From the NCBI GenBank assembly GCA_000004985.1, contig GG738857.1: DNA of 64,000 nucleotides; one strand, written 5' to 3'. Made by a program: the position numbers and the translations under genes. This document shows, one piece after another, positions 43,364 to 54,507 of this stretch. This stretch comes from Naegleria gruberi. Taxonomy: Eukaryota. How positions within the stretch are numbered: the first letter of the stretch is position 1; the number at the start of each line of letters is the position of its first letter. Under the pieces are notes generated by a model. The model was not told the origin of the DNA and did not search any database. It worked only from the letters and a program-made list of their open reading frames with translations.

Positions 43364-44940
43364 TTACTTTTTTAAGAGAAATGCTGGTCTGGAAGGTTGT
43401 GAAAATCTTTCAAGACGATCCTTTAGTGAAGGTCTGGCATAATCTTGACATCTCTTCTTGAAGTCTTCCAATATCTTATTGGAAATCTCAATAACTTGAT
43501 TTCTATCACTCTCCTCAGTAATATCGTTTAAAATGCTGACTTGATTTTGTTGGAAATTCTCCACGAGTTGAGCAACAGCTTGATCGAAATCATCCATAGT
43601 TTTAAATTGCTTTGGACATGGATTTGATCTTCTGTGAATATCATAATAACTATTTTCCAAATTATAGTACAAACAAAGGACATTCTTATATGTTACAGAT
43701 ACTTGTTGATTATTAATTGGTCCATTCAATAATTCTTTTCCAATTGCAATTATCAATTCCTTCAAGGTTAATTGTTCAATCCAATTATGAGGAATTCCTT
43801 CAACTCCATAATAACATCCCATCAATTGACCAGCAATAGCTGCAACTGTATCAGAATCATCTCCCAAACGAGTTACCTTTTTAATTCCTTCACCAAACGA
43901 AGAAGTGTGGTAAAAATTCCACAATGCACTCTCTAAAGCTTTTGCAGAATATCCCGAGTTGGAAATTTCATCTTCATTCTTTGATTTAAAGTTGGTAATG
44001 ACATCAAGAACTTCAGCTCTCAATGGATACATTTCCCAATAATTAGAAGGCAATCCTTTTGGTACAAATGGAGTGGACGATAACAATTCTTCCTTTGATG
44101 CATTTTGTAAACAGCCAATCAACAAAGCAGCATAATATCTATTAGTATCAATTGCAATTGGTGAAGGATGTGTAGTCAAGGATGAAACACCACTCTCAGT
44201 AATTACTCTGTGAAGTAATCTTTCTTCAACAAATAGTTCAGATAATTCAATATTTGAAAATCTCTTCTTCCAATTCAAATATATACCATAAAAGTACAAT
44301 GGAATAGTTGCCAATCTCATTAAGGCACCATTTCCAGAAGCATTATCAGTCCATTCAGAAGCACTGCAAAAAGCAGCCTTATTCTTTTCATTTTTCAACA
44401 AGTGAACTATAGTTGTCTTTCCAATATCAAAACAATGTCCACTAGCTGACAAATGTCCATTATTATACCAATTCAAGAATTTGTCTTGCATATCTCTGCC
44501 ATCAATTGCACTATGAGGTATCATATCATTCACCCACATTGCATTATCCTTAGCATTATCCCACGGATAATTAACAATCAATTCATTTCCATTCGAAAGT
44601 ATTTCCTTGAATGTTCCCAATAAACTTTCGCCCTGAATAAGAGACATGGTTGTATCATCAGTAAACATGCCTTTCATTAATCTGAATTTTCCTTCTCCCA
44701 CCAAATCATCCCTTTTTTATTACAATTAAATATATTTAATATTTGATGATTTAAATATTATTTGATTGGAAGAATTTGATCGTCATGAATGAACAAATTT
44801 AATGTTCAGAATATTACAAAGGTACACACATACTTTAAATCGGAATCTTTAATTCCATGTCTAGGAATAAATTCAAATGTTGTTCCGTAAGCATCACCAG
44901 TGGCCATGCCTAATAAACATCCAAGAAATTTTGATTCCAT
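43364..44940 (-). CDS. ADP-ribosylglycohydrolase family protein, 2 exons
   Basis: Exon 1 is 44940..44834 (MESKFLGCLLGMATGDAYGTTFEFIPRHGIKDSDLK) with a GTATGT donor. A 122-nt intron. Exon 2 is 44711..43364 (DDLVGEG..FTDDTTMSL..GNGALMR..GDDSDTVAAIAGQLMGCYYG). A ~150-aa extension beyond the ARH fold follows. The tracked ORF start at 44704 is TTG. Confidence 0.7.
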
Positions 44941-44992
44941 TGTTGATCAATGATGATATTAGGGTGGATGTTGTTTGTTCAATTTTTTAATT

Positions 44993-45052
44993 ATGAATAA
45001 TGAACTTGTTGTGGACCAATCATGAACATGGAACTGAGAAATTTTGTTGAAC
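44993..45052 (+). repeat. short dispersed motif (copy 1; copy 2 at 51510..51572)
   Basis: ttatgaataa..tgaacttgttg..atcatgaacatggaactgagaaattt has a 26-nt identical core in both copies. Each copy lies just 5' of a minus-strand gene start. Confidence 0.5.
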
Positions 45053-45126
45053 TACAGTTTTTGATTCAATCAGTAGGGGGAAGACGTCCCTTATAATAAT
45101 ATTTAATTTTTCTTTGGTTCATATTA

Positions 45127-45976
45127 GACTTCCGGAAAAAGTTTTGCTAAAAGTCGACTTTTTTAAGGTACTTTCACGCTAATTTGCAAAAAGGCGCCTA
45201 AAAGGTGCCTAAAAGGTGCCTTTTTTACCTAAAAACTACTTGAAACACATCCAAAGTTTGTTCAAGAAAATCTTGAGCAACTTTCAAACTGTTTTCAAAC
45301 AATTCCTCAAGAATGATTAATTACTTCTCAACCAAATTCTCAAAACGTTCAAGTATTTGCTGAAAAAACCCCAAGGGCCTTCAAACTTCTGAACACTCTC
45401 TTTCTTAACTATATCCTTTTCCAAAAAATCCACCAATTCCTTAAGAGATCCAAGGTTTTTGAATGTCACCATCTCGGGTCACTGTAGTTTTGATGGATTT
45501 TTTTACATCAATCACGAAATCTTTCGAAAGCTCTGGTCTTTTGGGCTCCTCAACTTTTCTTGGCATGATGATTGTTTTCTTTTTGATAAGGTTCAGGTTT
45601 TTTCTCTTTCTGGGTGGAGTGATGTTCAAATCAGATCTCTTCCTCTTCTGGATTTTTTCTTGTTTCACACTTTTTTCTTGTTCCTGTTTCATGCTTAATT
45701 CAGAATATGGTGTTTCATTAAGATTTTCTTCCACTTCCTCAACATCTTCCGTTCCATCAACAATAGAATCAGCAAGATTAGGGAACCTTTCAACTTCAGC
45801 AAATGCAGTAAAGAAAAGGTTGACATCAGGAAAAAGAAAGCTTCAATAAATGTGCAGGAAAGGTTTAAACATTTCTTGAATTATGCTCAAACAAATTTCA
45901 AAAATTGCTCAAACATTTTTCAAACCACTTTTTTAAAAAGGCGCCTTTTTATTTCTTTTTGACTTTTCCGGAAGTC
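45127..45976. mobile_element. 850-bp non-autonomous DNA-transposon-like element with terminal inverted repeats and TA target-site duplication
   Basis: The left end (TA)GACTTCCGGAAAAAGT.. at 45125 and the right end ..ACTTTTCCGGAAGTC(TA) at 45977 are reverse complements, giving a 15-16-nt terminal inverted repeat. Further subterminal similarity follows (aaaaaggcgcc; gtttgagcaa..). The TIRs are flanked by TA on both sides, as for Tc1/mariner-like or Stowaway-like MITEs. The internal 97-aa basic ORF (45441..45734, minus) is too short for a transposase. Confidence 0.5.
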
Positions 45977-46074
45977 TATTGAAACTCTTGCTTTGTTTAG
46001 GTTTCCCATAATTTTATATTTTTATTTTTATTGGAAATAAATTTTTTAATATGGAAAATCAGGTCAAGTGTTTA

Positions 46075-47376
46075 TTAAGGATCACCACTTGTAACGGCAC
46101 ATCCAAAAAATTCATGTTTTCCAATCAATTGCTTTGGAATTCCCCATTCCCATAAATATTGATCTCCAGATCTTAATTCTTGCTCTCCAGAATAAATGAC
46201 AAGTAAATTTGATTGAGATGAATAGTCAACTGGATCATCATTTACATCCTCATCTATTATTTCTATATCAGAATCAAAATCCATAGAACTAAACAAGCTA
46301 AAAAAGGTAAACTTGTCATCGAATGGTGTTGAAAATTCTTCAATTTTCAAAGTATTTGGAACTTTTCCTCTTTCAGTCATTCTAGGTTGGTGAGGAACTG
46401 AATGGAATTTCATTTTGGCAGCATTGCAATAGGTACGATTTCCTTCTTGTCTCTCCAATCCACCCATTTCTTTAATTTGATTTTCTGTTATGTAAAGAAC
46501 TGGTTGTGAACTAGATCTCTTTGGTGCACAATAGGACCCATTACCTCCTCCATTAGGATCACAAAAGAAATAGAGCATTCCATTATCTTTAGGAAGAAGT
46601 GATCCAGTTCTATCATAATAAGACAAGTGTTTGATGTTGATTTGACAACCAAACATCCATTTCTTATCAAAAAGTGTTGGCCATTGATAGTTTTTTGGTA
46701 AATCAGGCCATCCACCAATTTTTGATTCTCCAACTGCAATTAAATCGTCTCCATTTCCAATAGAGTATCCAGAAGTTACTGATTCTAATGGAACTTTCCA
46801 ATAAAGTGATTCAGGTGTTACAACTTCCTTTTCTTCTTCGGTTTCTTCTTCTTCTTCTTCATACTCCTCATCTATATCATTTTTAATTATCTTAAACTTT
46901 GGATGTAACTTTTCACAATACCCTTGAGTAATTGACTCGACAGAAAAGGTCAAGTTTTGATAATCCTTAGCATTTTCACTAAATGCCTTTAAAATATTGA
47001 CATGTCCTTTTTGTCTGCATTCGTGAACTGTCGAATACTTTCCATAGGCAATTTTACAGATGAAATATTCTTTCCAGAATGCGTTTTCACTTGGAAAAGT
47101 TTCCAATAAACATTCTGGTACATCAATTGGCAGAAAGTTCAATCTATTCTTGACAACATCCTTCCAATTTACTTGATTATCAATCATAGACTTCCATCCC
47201 TTGCATACACGTCTCATCTTTATCAATTCACATCCCTCATTAAATATGAACAATTCACCAACCAATACTTCTGGTGGAATATCTTGGAGGAGTTGTCTTG
47301 TTGATTCTTTCATCTTTTTGTTTGGATTTTCAGTACTACCAACCAGTGTGCTGTTATTGACAGATCGTTTGGACAT
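46075..47376 (-). CDS. F-box-like + DUF1963(YwqG)-like domain protein
   Basis: 433 codons from ATG 47376 in an aaaaaaaATG context; the tracked start at 47415 is TTG. F-box-like LLQDIPPEVLVGELFIFNEGCELIKMRRVCKGWKSMIDNQVNW. C-terminal ..IGGWPDLPKNYQWPT..YFFCDPNGGG resembles the YwqG/DUF1963 fold. Confidence 0.55.
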   Translation of the reverse strand: MSKRSVNNSTLVGSTENPNKKMKESTRQLLQDIPPEVLVGELFIFNEGCELIKMRRVCKGWKSMIDNQVNWKDVVKNRLNFLPIDVPECLLETFPSENAFWKEYFICKIAYGKYSTVHECRQKGHVNILKAFSENAKDYQNLTFSVESITQGYCEKLHPKFKIIKNDIDEEYEEEEEETEEEKEVVTPESLYWKVPLESVTSGYSIGNGDDLIAVGESKIGGWPDLPKNYQWPTLFDKKWMFGCQINIKHLSYYDRTGSLLPKDNGMLYFFCDPNGGGNGSYCAPKRSSSQPVLYITENQIKEMGGLERQEGNRTYCNAAKMKFHSVPHQPRMTERGKVPNTLKIEEFSTPFDDKFTFFSLFSSMDFDSDIEIIDEDVNDDPVDYSSQSNLLVIYSGEQELRSGDQYLWEWGIPKQLIGKHEFFGCAVTSGDP

Positions 47377-48182
47377 TTTTTTTGTGGTGTTATCAGTTTT
47401 GGCGCAGAAAATCAAGTTACAACCGGATTAATTAAGTACTCACTTTTTACCGAGTCGATTTTCCATGAATTTCTTGAAAATTGAAAAATGTAACCACACA
47501 AATTTTCACTTTCTTTTCACTTTCTTGCTTTTCTTTTCTCAGTGTTTTATTCTCCATTTCTAATTAGAAGATAAGTATCTTGGAGCTTTGTCCTAATTCT
47601 AATTTTACTTGATTTATGTCTCTATGTAACTTTTCAACATCTGATTTGAGTTGTTTCTCATTATTTTTTTTTCAGTTAATTCAGATTTCAATTTGGTAAT
47701 TAAATCTTGTTTTTCGTTTGATTTCATTATTGCTTTGTTTGATTGTTGACTCCATAATAAGAATGAAAATAAATGAAATTCCTCTCTTTTCTTGCTTTTT
47801 CCAGTTGTTTGGATTCATTATGGCAGATTGACTATTTTGCAATTTTAACAAGCCTGCATATCAAGCACTTTGATTTTAACTATACAACCCGTACAAGCAT
47901 CTGTCTTGGCCATCTTCTGGATATTGAGAGAGTACACCAATCACAGAGTGCAAGGGAAGATCTTCAGCACCTGCGGTGCTGTCAACACTTCTTCTCTAAT
48001 TGTTTAATAAAATGGAAAGAACTGAATAGTTGGACAACTAAGTGAAAGACTGTAATTTGTTGCATTAAGTTTGGACAAACTTGCGTGAAATTTCCACAAA
48101 CTATGACCAGTTACATTCTTCTTGTCATACAAGTATTGAAAATAATTTTTCAACCAACCTCTAAAACATGAAGATTGAAAGC

Positions 48183-48188
48183 AAAAAA
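48183..48188 (-). terminator. Pol III T6 terminator of tRNA-Arg
   Basis: Minus strand ..GGTA atatcTTTTTTgc immediately 3' of the tRNA. Confidence 0.45.
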
Positions 48189-48193
48189 GATAT

Positions 48194-48267
48194 TACCGAC
48201 AATGGGGCTCGAACCCACGACCCCAGGATTAGAAGTCCTGTGCTCTATCCAACTGAGCTATGACGGC
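48194..48267 (-). tRNA. tRNA-Arg (anticodon UCU)
   Basis: The reverse complement GCCGTCA-TA-GCTC-AGTTGGATA-GAGC-A-CAGGA-CTTCTAA-TCCTG-GGGTC-GTGGG-TTCGAGC-CCCAT-TGTCGGT-A is a 74-nt cloverleaf with anticodon TCT. There is one U-U mismatch at acceptor pair 5-68. Confidence 0.8.
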
Positions 48268-48504
48268 TTACATTCATTGTAAAAATCAGCTTTAGATAGT
48301 GTATAATATAAACTTTATGACAAGCTGTACCGGTGATTGATGGTACTATATAATGAAATACCGAAACTAAACAGAACCTCTCTTTAACCAGTATTGTTTA
48401 AAAACTCGGAATTGAGGTTGCTTATATGGCTTAAGTATATAATCCATTTGTCTTAATTTATTATTTTATTATTTTGTGGATTTAAAAACATGAGCTTTTA
48501 CTTA

Positions 48505-51290
48505 TTAGTTTATCAATGATTGTTTCTTTTGGAGAAATGCAAGCTCAGAAATATTCAATAAATAACTCCTGTAAATAAATTTCCCATAATATTGCTCACA
48601 ACCACTCAGACCAAGGATGCCAAAATTTGGGGGGAACTTGTATTTACCATCCTTAAGATTTGCACTAAGAGGTTTGTTTGTAATAATTATAGCAAGAGAA
48701 GTATTTGGGGTTCCACCTATCAGTTCAAGTTTTGGTTCATTGAAATGATTTTGATAAATTTTCTTAACAGCAGTCATTGTTAAACTGTTTGAATCTGATG
48801 TGAAACTCTTGTCTTGCCATAAGATAGTCCAATTGTTATTATCAATATTGCAATCAGCAAATCTATGAAAAAATGAAGAGGTAAAATTATTTTGAACCAA
48901 AGTGTTCTGAGGAATCTCATATTTTGATCTAGTTACATCTGTTAAAATAGTAACAACTTTGTTTGGAAATGTGTTTAAATTAATAATCCTATACCCCATT
49001 TCTTTTTGAAACATAATTCCCTTAAATCTATCCTTGATATGCATTTGAGATACTCCTAAAATAATAAAGCAATAATTTTTTACAATTTCAAAATGTGCAT
49101 TGAAGATTTTAAAATCTCTGGAACAGGTGGTTTTTTTTTTAAATGCTGCTTTTTCAAGTGATTTAAATAATTTTTCAAAGGACGTCTTAATCTTAGGATC
49201 ATCAAATATGATAATATTTAAACAACTCAAGATCATTGGAAGAGACATTGTTATCAATCCATTAGCAATTCTTATATATCCATTATCTTCTAATTGTCTT
49301 AATTTCCTTGTATCAATTGTATCTATAATTTCAGAATTAACAGGTGTTTCTGTTAAAGTGTGGGCCAAAATTAATTTAGCTATTTCATTTTCAAAAACAA
49401 AGTTCACACCATAACTAGAAAAATTGTTCTTGGCAATGTTGTAGGCATTTTGTATTCTATCTTCAACGTTCAATGTTAATTTTGTGTCCTTCAAATTATC
49501 CAAAAACCATTCAATCATTCTAGGATGCTTGTTAATAAAAGTAAGAGCTTTCCATAACGGTGCTGCATATTTTAAAGAAGGAACATTTCTGCAAACAATT
49601 TCTAATTCGTCATCATCAGAAAATTGGTAAGGAGTAAAATAATTACTATGGAAACCTGATTCAAAAACTCTCCTTTCAAAGAAAGCCATATCTAATCCAG
49701 CAAATAATGGAAAAAGTTTAACAGAAGATGGTTTTTGGTTGTTGAGTATTACAAAATTACATATCATAGTGATAATTTCTGAAAAATTCATGTGTGGAAA
49801 CTCCTTAACTTTGGTATATTCATCAATAGCCAAATAAACAGCAACAGGTGAATCTTTTGGTTTGTTGTTAACTTCCTTCCAGTGCTGTACTATTGTCAAT
49901 ATTAACTCCTCAAAGGTAGGATTGATCTTGGCTAATTCAGATGCAATAGATGTAATGGTGTTTGTATCAAAACTTGGGAAATTTAAATATGAAAACAATA
50001 TTCTATATAAAAATCCCATTTTTAAATCATCACCAGCTCCTAAACTCATACCATTACCAAAGGAAATTCTTATTTCCAATGAATTATCTTTGTAATTTTT
50101 TTCTTGGGTGGTTAATTTGAAAATTTCTTGTAATGTCCTTGATTTTCCTAAAATATAATAAAATAATAAAATGATTATGCTAAAGTATAACACTACATAC
50201 CTGTTCCAGAAGCGTAGGCAAGGTAAGGAATAAAAATATTTTGTTTGTCTGTTTCGGTTTCTAATTTATGAAACGTTTCAGAAATTCCCTTGACAAGTTC
50301 ATCATTATATTTGAATGGCATGTCGATAATTGATCGAACTAATCTATAAGCATTTAGCCTGGCTCCATGTTTTGCAATAAAACTTGCCAATAAACTACGA
50401 TTTGAAAAATCAACATTGTCACAAGTAATTATGTACTGTTGTTTCCATCTTTCAATCACTTTCTCATTGTTGTCAGATATTTGAATGCCACTTAGTTTTA
50501 GGGATAACAAGTAGGAACTTTCGTTTTTAGTTAAATATTCTAAACTTTCGCTAATTGCTTGACTGATTTTCTCAGTTTGCCACAAATGAAAGAGTCTTGT
50601 TGTGAGTAGTTGGTATACCCAATTAACAACGGCCTCTAAAGTGGTTTGGGAAATGCTTTTGTAATCGTTGTTGTTTCTTACTTGTGTAATAGCATAATGC
50701 TTGTCCTTATCTTGGATATAAGTAACAATATTACTAAGAGCAATACCATCAAACCCAACATCATACAATTGCTTTACCTTTTCAACAATCAAACCAGCTC
50801 CACCTTTTCTTTCATCAGTGCACAACAAGGAGCAAACTTGTTCTTTTGTCCATTGTTTAAATTTTGTAGTATCCAATATTTGTTTGTTTTCAGTAGTAAC
50901 CAACGTTACTGGTTCAGAATAAATATTCTCGGAAAGAAAAGTGGTAGTAGAATAATTTTTGCAAGAATTTGTGACGGCAAAAACATGCTTCGTTCTATAA
51001 TGATTGTTTTTGTTTTTTGTTGGATGAATTTGATTTTGCATCTTTAATCTGGTTGAGGTTGAATAATTCTTTGTATTACTAGTATCATTATGCAAATAGA
51101 TGGTGCAACTAATACCGACAGAGGTTTGCCTCAACTTTTGTTGATTAATTGCGGTTTTGGGCAATAGTAAAAGCTTTCGAGGGAGACAGGAGGTGGATAT
51201 TTTTTTTTTGACTCGGAAAAAATTCAACAACTTAGGATGATTATTGTTGATTTTCAGAGTGGTTTCTCTTGGTGAGTACTTTTCCATCAT
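48505..51290 (-). CDS. SAM-domain + P-loop NTPase-like large protein, 2 exons
   Basis: Exon 1 is 51290..50201 with a GTATGT donor. A 53-nt intron ends ttttAG at 50148. Exon 2 is 50147..48505. The splice creates ..PYLAYASGTG|KSRTLQE.., a Walker-A-like GxGKS spanning the junction. A SAM-like segment is WTKEQVCSLLCTDERKGGAGLIVEKVKQLYDVGFDGIALSNI. The two tracked ORFs are contiguous in different frames. Confidence 0.5.
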
Positions 51291-51509
51291 GAAGTGTGTT
51301 ACTTGGAGTTTTATGGAACAGACGGATAATCCATTTGTTAGAAAGGTAGAACTGGAAGATCACAAGAGGCAAGATTGCCAACTTATCAGTTTTACCACAA
51401 GAATACCTATTATTAGTATTTTTACTTCATCAACTCGAATATTCTAGTACCACTGTTTAAATCACCACATCTGAAAAATCACAAAAAAGAACTATTTATT
51501 ATGAATAAT

Positions 51510-51572
51510 TGATGAACTTGTTGAGAAGAAAAGCTACTTCTCGATCATGAACATGGAACTGAGAAATTTATT
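51510..51572 (+). repeat. short dispersed motif (copy 2 of 44993..45052)
   Basis: See copy 1. Confidence 0.5.
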
Positions 51573-51799
51573 GAATGTTTACAATGATATTAAAATTGTC
51601 AAGCATATATTCAATAATATTGTAAATTAAATTTGTAATGTAATTTGAATTGGTTCACTTTTAATGTTTCGTTCAAAATTCTTGTTGAAAAATTCAAAAA
51701 CAATTCAAAAAAATTAAAACAATTTCAACTCCGAAAACTGTTGATAAACCATTTTGATAATAATCGTTTCCATCATCATCACATTATCATCGGAAGAAA

Positions 51800-53293
51800 A
51801 TGATTACACCAAAATTTGAATGCATTCAAAATGATGAATTTGTGATAGTGACTATTTACATTCCTCATGTAAAGATGACGGAAATGGAATATAGTATTGA
51901 TAATAATTCTATTGAAGATGAAGATTATGCTCATACTAAATCATTGTTTAGATTTTATGTTAAACCATACTTTTTAAGATTACATTTTGCACAAGCATTA
52001 CAAGATGAAGGAAGTAATGATTTTTCAAAGTATGATCCCGATAATGAAAAGTTAATTGTTCATTTACCTAAAAAGAATAGAGGAGAATATTTTGAAAATC
52101 TTAATATGATTACATGGTTATTAGGATCGAATAGAGAAACACAAGGAACTACTTCATTATTTAATAATTTGACAAGTAATAATATCATTGCTGAACCAAC
52201 TGCACGTGATGAGAAGAAAGCTCCACTGATTGAAGTTGTCGAAAGTAATAATGATGATGAAAATAATGAAATGGATGATGAAGAAGGTGGTGGAATGTAT
52301 GATGACAGTGGTGTTTCTGAATGGGAACAACAATTACCAGGTGATAAGAGTGCGTCTGAAGTGATGAAGGAAGAATTAGGTATTGCCAAAGTTTATTATG
52401 GATTCAATAAGCAATTTACTGATATTTTCACAAAATTCTCAGAGGAATATATTAAAGAAATTATTGATACACCTTATCCAGAAGTTTTACCACAAGAGGA
52501 AAGAAGAAAGATTAGAGAAATGGAAGAAGTTGATGCATTTGATCCTGAACATTATCTTCTCGATATGATGAATAAGGATAGAGATATCAAGATGATTTTT
52601 GATTATAAACCAGCTTGGACAGTTAATCCACAACCAGTTCAATGGACAGAGAAGGAGCAAAAGATGCTCTCTGAATTACCAAAGAAGGAATATTTAATTT
52701 CAAACGAGTTATCTGTCTATTGTGGTCTAGTTGATTTGCTCTGCACATTTGCTTACAATTATAGAAGTTTTATGGGAGAAAATAACGTTGAAAGCTCTTG
52801 GACTATTTGCAAGATGAGTTCACAATTATCCTGGTTGGAAGAATTGACCAATCTGAAAGATACTTTACAAATTTTCATCAGTCGTTCATGTTGCTTTGCA
52901 TTATACAGAAACTTTGATTTGGCCCTCCAATGTATCAAAGATGTTGTCGATTTACTCATTCTAGGAAAGGAATATGTATTGAGAGCTCTTTTAGAAATTA
53001 AGGATATTTTAGCTCACACTTTGGACAAGTATTTACTCAACAAGATTTATGTTGATAATTATTGTATATGGATCCAAGGTGTCTCCAACCAATCTCTTTC
53101 ACAATTAGGTCAAGCCATTCTCAAAGTTGTCAATGAAGATTTCCTTGGCCAAAGAAGTGAATTCCTAATTTCCAATGCAGTTTCACTCAAAAAACTCGAA
53201 GATTATGCTCAAGATTCTCTCGAAGAAGTTGGTGGAAATGTCGATGATCTCGTAATGACTGAACAAGATAAAGAAAGACCACTGGCTCTTTAA
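51800..53293 (+). CDS. shq1: SHQ1 H/ACA snoRNP assembly factor homolog
   Basis: 497 aa. The N-terminal CS domain (MITPKFECIQNDEFVIVTIYIPHV..FRFYVKPYFLRLHF..KLIVHLPKKNRGEYFENLNM) and the SHQ1-specific domain (..DPEHYLLDMM..YCGLVDLLCTFAYNYRSFMGENNVESSWTICKMS..DNYCIWIQ) align closely with animal and yeast SHQ1. Confidence 0.8.
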   Translation: MITPKFECIQNDEFVIVTIYIPHVKMTEMEYSIDNNSIEDEDYAHTKSLFRFYVKPYFLRLHFAQALQDEGSNDFSKYDPDNEKLIVHLPKKNRGEYFENLNMITWLLGSNRETQGTTSLFNNLTSNNIIAEPTARDEKKAPLIEVVESNNDDENNEMDDEEGGGMYDDSGVSEWEQQLPGDKSASEVMKEELGIAKVYYGFNKQFTDIFTKFSEEYIKEIIDTPYPEVLPQEERRKIREMEEVDAFDPEHYLLDMMNKDRDIKMIFDYKPAWTVNPQPVQWTEKEQKMLSELPKKEYLISNELSVYCGLVDLLCTFAYNYRSFMGENNVESSWTICKMSSQLSWLEELTNLKDTLQIFISRSCCFALYRNFDLALQCIKDVVDLLILGKEYVLRALLEIKDILAHTLDKYLLNKIYVDNYCIWIQGVSNQSLSQLGQAILKVVNEDFLGQRSEFLISNAVSLKKLEDYAQDSLEEVGGNVDDLVMTEQDKERPLAL

Positions 53294-53480
53294 AACTGTG
53301 AACTAACTAAAATACCAATTAATTTCGAATATTGTATGAGCAGCTAAAAAATTCCCGCCAAAAATTTCTACAACACAACCAATATCCTCAACTGTATTTA
53401 TCTCTCACTACAAATTCATGCTCAAACAAAATCACAATTAAAAAAAAAACAAAGAAACCCTTCTTTAACCGTTTTTCATA

Positions 53481-54317
53481 ATGAATCATAATAACACAAG
53501 ATTGTCGTCGTTATCTTCGGGGGTAGTGATACAAGCAACGAGGCAAGTGAGAGATTTGGCGGCTATGGAGACAGCCTCAACCTCATTGAAATCGACACCT
53601 TCCGAGCCAGTTTGTAAGATAGTCACATCGTTGAATGAGAATACTCAACAAGTGGATGACAAAAGTCTAAATTGTGTACAATCAGATTCGAGGAGTGATA
53701 CTGTTTCGTCTGTGAGGGATTTGTGTAGAGCTTTGAGTAAGAAATTATCCCTCACACAACAAGATAAACAGAAAGATAGATTCCAATGTTTATTAGATCA
53801 TGTGAGATATTCGAATAGTGGATATCATCTAGAGAACTATTGTACATATGACAAAATTGTTGATTGTAATATATTTTCAAAGAGAGTACCAGTTTCAAAT
53901 GTATTGATAGAAGAAGTGACGTTTAAGGATTTTGCCACTCTGTATATTTCCTCCAAATTGAAACAATCCAACTTGAGGTTAATAGAAAAGGAAGAGCTAG
54001 AAAGAAGGTATTGTCTTAAATTAATGGCAACATATAGTAATTTTAGACCAGCCAAGCAGTCGTTAGAGATTCAAAACTCAACTGGTAATGAAACTGTCAT
54101 TGGTGGTAATTATCATGATACCATTTACTGCTGCGAGTTTACTCTTCCAAAATCACAAACCAAATCATTCATTTTACTGGAAGGGAATTCAGTTGATTCC
54201 AATCACAAGTTCAAGCAATTTTTACATGTATTTCGTGTCTATGGAGAGGATTTATTTTCAAAGAAAACTTTTAGTCATTCCAAAAATTTATGTGATATTA
54301 CCATTCACACCAAGTAA
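53481..54317 (+). CDS. hypothetical protein
   Basis: 278-aa ORF with ATG at 53481. No family recognised. Confidence 0.4.
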   Translation: MNHNNTRLSSLSSGVVIQATRQVRDLAAMETASTSLKSTPSEPVCKIVTSLNENTQQVDDKSLNCVQSDSRSDTVSSVRDLCRALSKKLSLTQQDKQKDRFQCLLDHVRYSNSGYHLENYCTYDKIVDCNIFSKRVPVSNVLIEEVTFKDFATLYISSKLKQSNLRLIEKEELERRYCLKLMATYSNFRPAKQSLEIQNSTGNETVIGGNYHDTIYCCEFTLPKSQTKSFILLEGNSVDSNHKFKQFLHVFRVYGEDLFSKKTFSHSKNLCDITIHTK

Positions 54318-54507
54318 AACAAAGCACTTTTCAGTTATCATCTTCTGTTCCAGTCCATAAAAAATGTTATTCCAATGGAGAAGACAAATTAATGGTAACA
54401 CTCGATAGATCGCAGAGAAAATCTTTAATAATCATGGGGTAACCCAGTAAACAAGAGTTTTTAACAACCTTTGTTAAAACATCAAGTCAACGAATCCATC
54501 AAAAAAA

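Noticed and set aside
45441-45734. 97-aa basic ORF inside the TIR element
   Set aside because: It is too short and lacks a DDE or helix-turn-helix signature to be a transposase. Likely a non-coding or decayed internal region of a non-autonomous element.
47773-48045. 90-aa plus-strand ORF
   Set aside because: It lies in a low-complexity region 3' of tRNA-Arg, with no start context, motifs or codon bias.
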